Position numbers and translations under genes: made by a program
Shown: piece after piece, positions 34,428 through 36,077 of the stretch
Numbering within the stretch: position 1 is the first letter of the stretch
Layout of the letters: the number at the start of each line of letters is the position of its first letter
Source: a virus
Taxonomy: Duplodnaviria; Caudoviricetes
Reading direction: 5' to 3' (one strand)
Virus record (IMG/VR): IMGVR_UViG_3300043436_003045
Span: 1-36,077 of that record
Length of the DNA stretch: 36,077 nt
The notes under the pieces: generated by a model
Databases searched by the model: none
What the model was told of the DNA's origin: nothing
The model's input: only the letters and a program-made list of their open reading frames with translations

Positions 34428-34626
34428 TGCGTTTGCGCAGCGCGTTGAGGCGCTGGCGATTGCCGGCTGCGACAAGCGACACGCTGCCACTAAGGCTGTG
34501 GGCGGCCAGCTTGGCAATGTGGCCTTCAATCTCGCGCAGCGCGTGGGTCAGCCGATCAGCACACACGACGCCGAGATTCTGGACAAGCTGCGGCGCGAGT
34601 GGGACGCGGCTGTTGGTGCTGCATAA
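34345..34626 (+). CDS. Cassette A hypothetical protein (93 aa)
   Basis: ATG 34345 with AGGAG 7 nt upstream. The TAA stop is part of GCATAAC. Confidence 0.7.
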   Translation: MDRKTANREWRDVTRGAPEGAPTGRTVHAFAQRVEALAIAGCDKRHAATKAVGGQLGNVAFNLAQRVGQPISTHDAEILDKLRREWDAAVGAA

Positions 34627-34720
34627 CGTGGGAGCTACGGCCGACGCAAACGGCGCCGGGCTGTAGCCACAGAGACAACGTGACCGCCGTTTGCGGTCGG
34701 CCTTGAGCGACGGGTTAGGC
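34621..34720 (-). other. attC-like site b (100 bp)
   Basis: Minus strand reads GCCTAAC-5nt-GCT[C]AAGGCCGAC...GTCGGCCGTAGC-6nt-GTTATGC. Confidence 0.85.
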
Positions 34721-34739
34721 CCGTTGGTGGAGAAACGCA

Positions 34740-34931
34740 ATGACCGAGTATTACCACACCCTGATTGAAAAAGGCGGCAAAGTGCTGCGCAGCTATGGCG
34801 ATGTGGTCCTGGAAACGGACTACCAGATTCTGGGCCACAAGGACAACGAAGCGCAGAGCCCACCCGACAAGCAATGGATCGGCTGGAAAACGGTCCCGTA
34901 CCCGGCGCCGACTTTTGTTCGCTTGCCTTGA
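34740..34931 (+). CDS. Cassette B hypothetical protein (63 aa)
   Basis: GGAG RBS. Fills the space between sites b and c. Confidence 0.7.
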   Translation: MTEYYHTLIEKGGKVLRSYGDVVLETDYQILGHKDNEAQSPPDKQWIGWKTVPYPAPTFVRLP

Positions 34932-34933
34932 GG

Positions 34934-35029
34934 GCCTAACGTTTGAGCTAAGCCGGCACTGCCGGCACAGGAGTTGAAATGACCACAGAAAGTACGCCGG
35001 CAGTGCTCGGCTTGAGCGAGGGGTTAGGC
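34934..35029 (-). other. attC-like site c (96 bp)
   Basis: Minus strand reads GCCTAAC-CCCTC-GCT[C]AAGCCG[A]GCACTGCCGGC...GCCGGCAGTGCCGGCTTAGC-TCAAAC-GTTAGGC, a textbook attC layout. Confidence 0.9.
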
Positions 35030-35323
35030 CTCGACCGCGAAAGGCTAGCAGACGATGCTATGCGCCGAAGGGCAGAAAGGTTTGCCCACAGAAACCATAA
35101 AAGGTTCGCTGTTGATTGGATTGGAGAGGCAACGCAGAACACCCGGATTGTGTCGGCCGACACTCCGCGCGAAGCGGCTGTTATCGTGGCTGGCGTTGAT
35201 TGGGCAAAGATAGGGCCGCCCAAATGGAGCAGCAATCCAACATACGCGGGCACATACCTTGTCAACTGCTACGAGGTGGATGGTTGTTTCGGGCGTCGGA
35301 TGATCGTGACTGAAGAGGCCTAA
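34979..35323 (+). CDS. Cassette C hypothetical protein (114 aa), start codon inside attC c
   Basis: AGGAG and ATG 34979 lie in the loop of site c. The body is AT-richer. The TAA stop is part of GCCTAAC. Confidence 0.7.
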   Translation: MTTESTPAVLGLSEGLGLDRERLADDAMRRRAERFAHRNHKRFAVDWIGEATQNTRIVSADTPREAAVIVAGVDWAKIGPPKWSSNPTYAGTYLVNCYEVDGCFGRRMIVTEEA

Positions 35324-35383
35324 CGCTTGAACTAAAGCGGACCGGCACGCAGTGACGGGTCCGCGTTCAGTGAAGGGTTAGGG
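35318..35383 (-). other. attC-like site d (66 bp)
   Basis: Minus strand reads CCCTAAC-5nt-ACT[G]AACGCGGACC...GGTCCGCTTTAGT-6nt-GTTAGGC. Confidence 0.8.
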
Positions 35384-35400
35384 CGCCAGAGCCGAAGCGA

Positions 35401-35457
35401 AAAATAGTTTGCGTGTTACAAAATAGTTGTTGACGCTGGCGGCTGCTGTGCTACATT
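35401..35457 (+). promoter_or_regulatory. Cassette D internal sigma70-like promoter
   Basis: TTGACG (35430-35435) -N16- TACATT (35452-35457) with extended TGn. Upstream AAAATAGTT occurs twice (35401 and 35420). Confidence 0.65.
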
Positions 35458-35493
35458 AACACCCATCGCAACACGCAACCCGGAGCAAGCAAC

Positions 35494-35703
35494 ATGACCA
35501 CTCAGCAAACCTTCACAGTGGCCACGATCCACGCGCCTTTCGTCAAGTCCGCTTTGCGCGCGCAAGCTGTCGCGCAAAAGCAAGGCAAGCCGGCCTACGT
35601 GGTGCTTGGCTGCAAGGCGCAGGTTTATGGCCGCTTCCCCGGTGTGTGGTGCCATCGAGTGCATGCAGACGGTCGCGTCGATTGCTGCGTGATTGAAGCA
35701 TGA
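35494..35703 (+). CDS. Cassette D gene 1, hypothetical (69 aa)
   Basis: GGAG RBS, downstream of the internal promoter. Confidence 0.65.
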   Translation: MTTQQTFTVATIHAPFVKSALRAQAVAQKQGKPAYVVLGCKAQVYGRFPGVWCHRVHADGRVDCCVIEA

Positions 35704-35882
35704 ACGACAAAAGCAAAGGGGGGCGCCCCCCCGCACCACCCGGCCTGCGCCGGGTAAACGTGCCGCTGCGCCTGCCCACATGGCAGGTGCAGTGGATGGC
35801 GCAGCAGCCCGAGACGCCTGCGGAGTTGATCGAAGCCGCGCTGCTGAAGGCGCACAAGCTGCGCCCGCCGCGTGCGCCCTAA
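35700..35882 (+). CDS. Cassette D gene 2, ribbon-helix-helix-like DNA-binding protein (60 aa)
   Basis: GGRPP....RRVNVPLRLPTW...W pattern, ATGA overlap, and TAA stop inside CCCTAAC. Confidence 0.65.
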   Translation: MNDKSKGGRPPAPPGLRRVNVPLRLPTWQVQWMAQQPETPAELIEAALLKAHKLRPPRAP

Positions 35883-35961
35883 CGATAGTTTGAGCAGCGC
35901 CCGCGTGGCGCTGCCGGAGTGAGCTACGCCGCTGGGCGTCTGCTCGAAACGCGAGTTATGC
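35877..35961 (-). other. attC-like site e (85 bp)
   Basis: Minus strand reads GCATAAC-5nt-TTT[C]GAGCAG[A]CGCCC...GGGCGCTGCTCAAA-5nt-GTTAGGG. Confidence 0.85.
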
Positions 35962-36077
35962 AGCGCCCTGGTGGCGCACTACAGGAGATGGAAGATGGAC
36001 AGGAAAACTGCGAACAGAGAATGGCGCGACGTAACGCGCGGCGCTCCCGAAGGCGCACCGACCGGGCGCACCGTACA
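35954..36077 (+). repeat. 124-bp direct repeat, copy 2 (second copy of cassette A, truncated by the window end)
   Basis: Identical to 34304-34427, including the RBS and ATG (35995). Confidence 0.95.

Larger units (their letters stand above)
34243..36077. mobile_element. Integron-like gene cassette array with no integrase in the window (CALIN-like)
   Basis: Five TAAC...GTTA hairpin sites alternate with short genes. Each gene body is flanked by a perfect 9-10 bp core/inverse-core pair. Confidence 0.85.

Noticed and set aside
34681-34743. attC b-encoded leader peptide (PFAVGLERRVRPVGGETQ) coupled to gene B
   Set aside because: The frame is closed by TGA at 34681 and has no start codon after it.
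34243-35961. CRISPR array, REP elements or terminators as the explanation for the repeated hairpins
   Set aside because: The repeats differ in sequence and length, are separated by whole genes, lack U-tracts, and carry AAC/GTT boxes with extrahelical bases.
35954-36077. Terminal repeat indicating a complete circular genome
   Set aside because: The match is to internal 34304-34427, not to the window start. The tailspike is truncated and the lysis and integration genes are missing.

Overview
This window is most of a GC-rich temperate podovirus-type phage or prophage genome, probably from a Betaproteobacterium (inferred from GC content and gene families). It is truncated at both ends. From 1 to 28213 on the minus strand, in transcription order: Cro, replication genes (DUF1376-type initiator, SF4 helicase), RuvC-like resolvase, small and large terminase, portal, a fibre/decoration block, scaffold, major capsid protein, a free-standing HNH endonuclease, tail tube proteins, ejection proteins and a beta-helix tailspike. 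A lambdoid immunity region lies at 28.0-29.2 kb. The plus-strand early operon (29.2-34.3 kb) carries RecT, a YqaJ exonuclease, a zinc-knuckle protein and an ASCH-like protein. The standout feature is 34243-36077, where the early operon runs into five integron attC-like hairpin sites separating four small gene cassettes and the start of a second copy of the first cassette. The extrahelical bases and spacers of four sites are mirror-image relative to gene direction compared with classical integrons. The duplicated cassette begins exactly at the plus-strand GTT, one gene starts inside an attC, and no IntI or attI is visible. Other signals found by reading the sequence: a late-promoter motif in three copies (GGCGGAAAAC-N16-CnnnnT), a structured RNA leader upstream of the capsid gene, an apparently recoded capsid 3' end beside the HNH gene, and several small genes missing from the ORF track. 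No integrase, holin or endolysin is recognisable in the window. All product calls come from motifs and gene order, not database searches.
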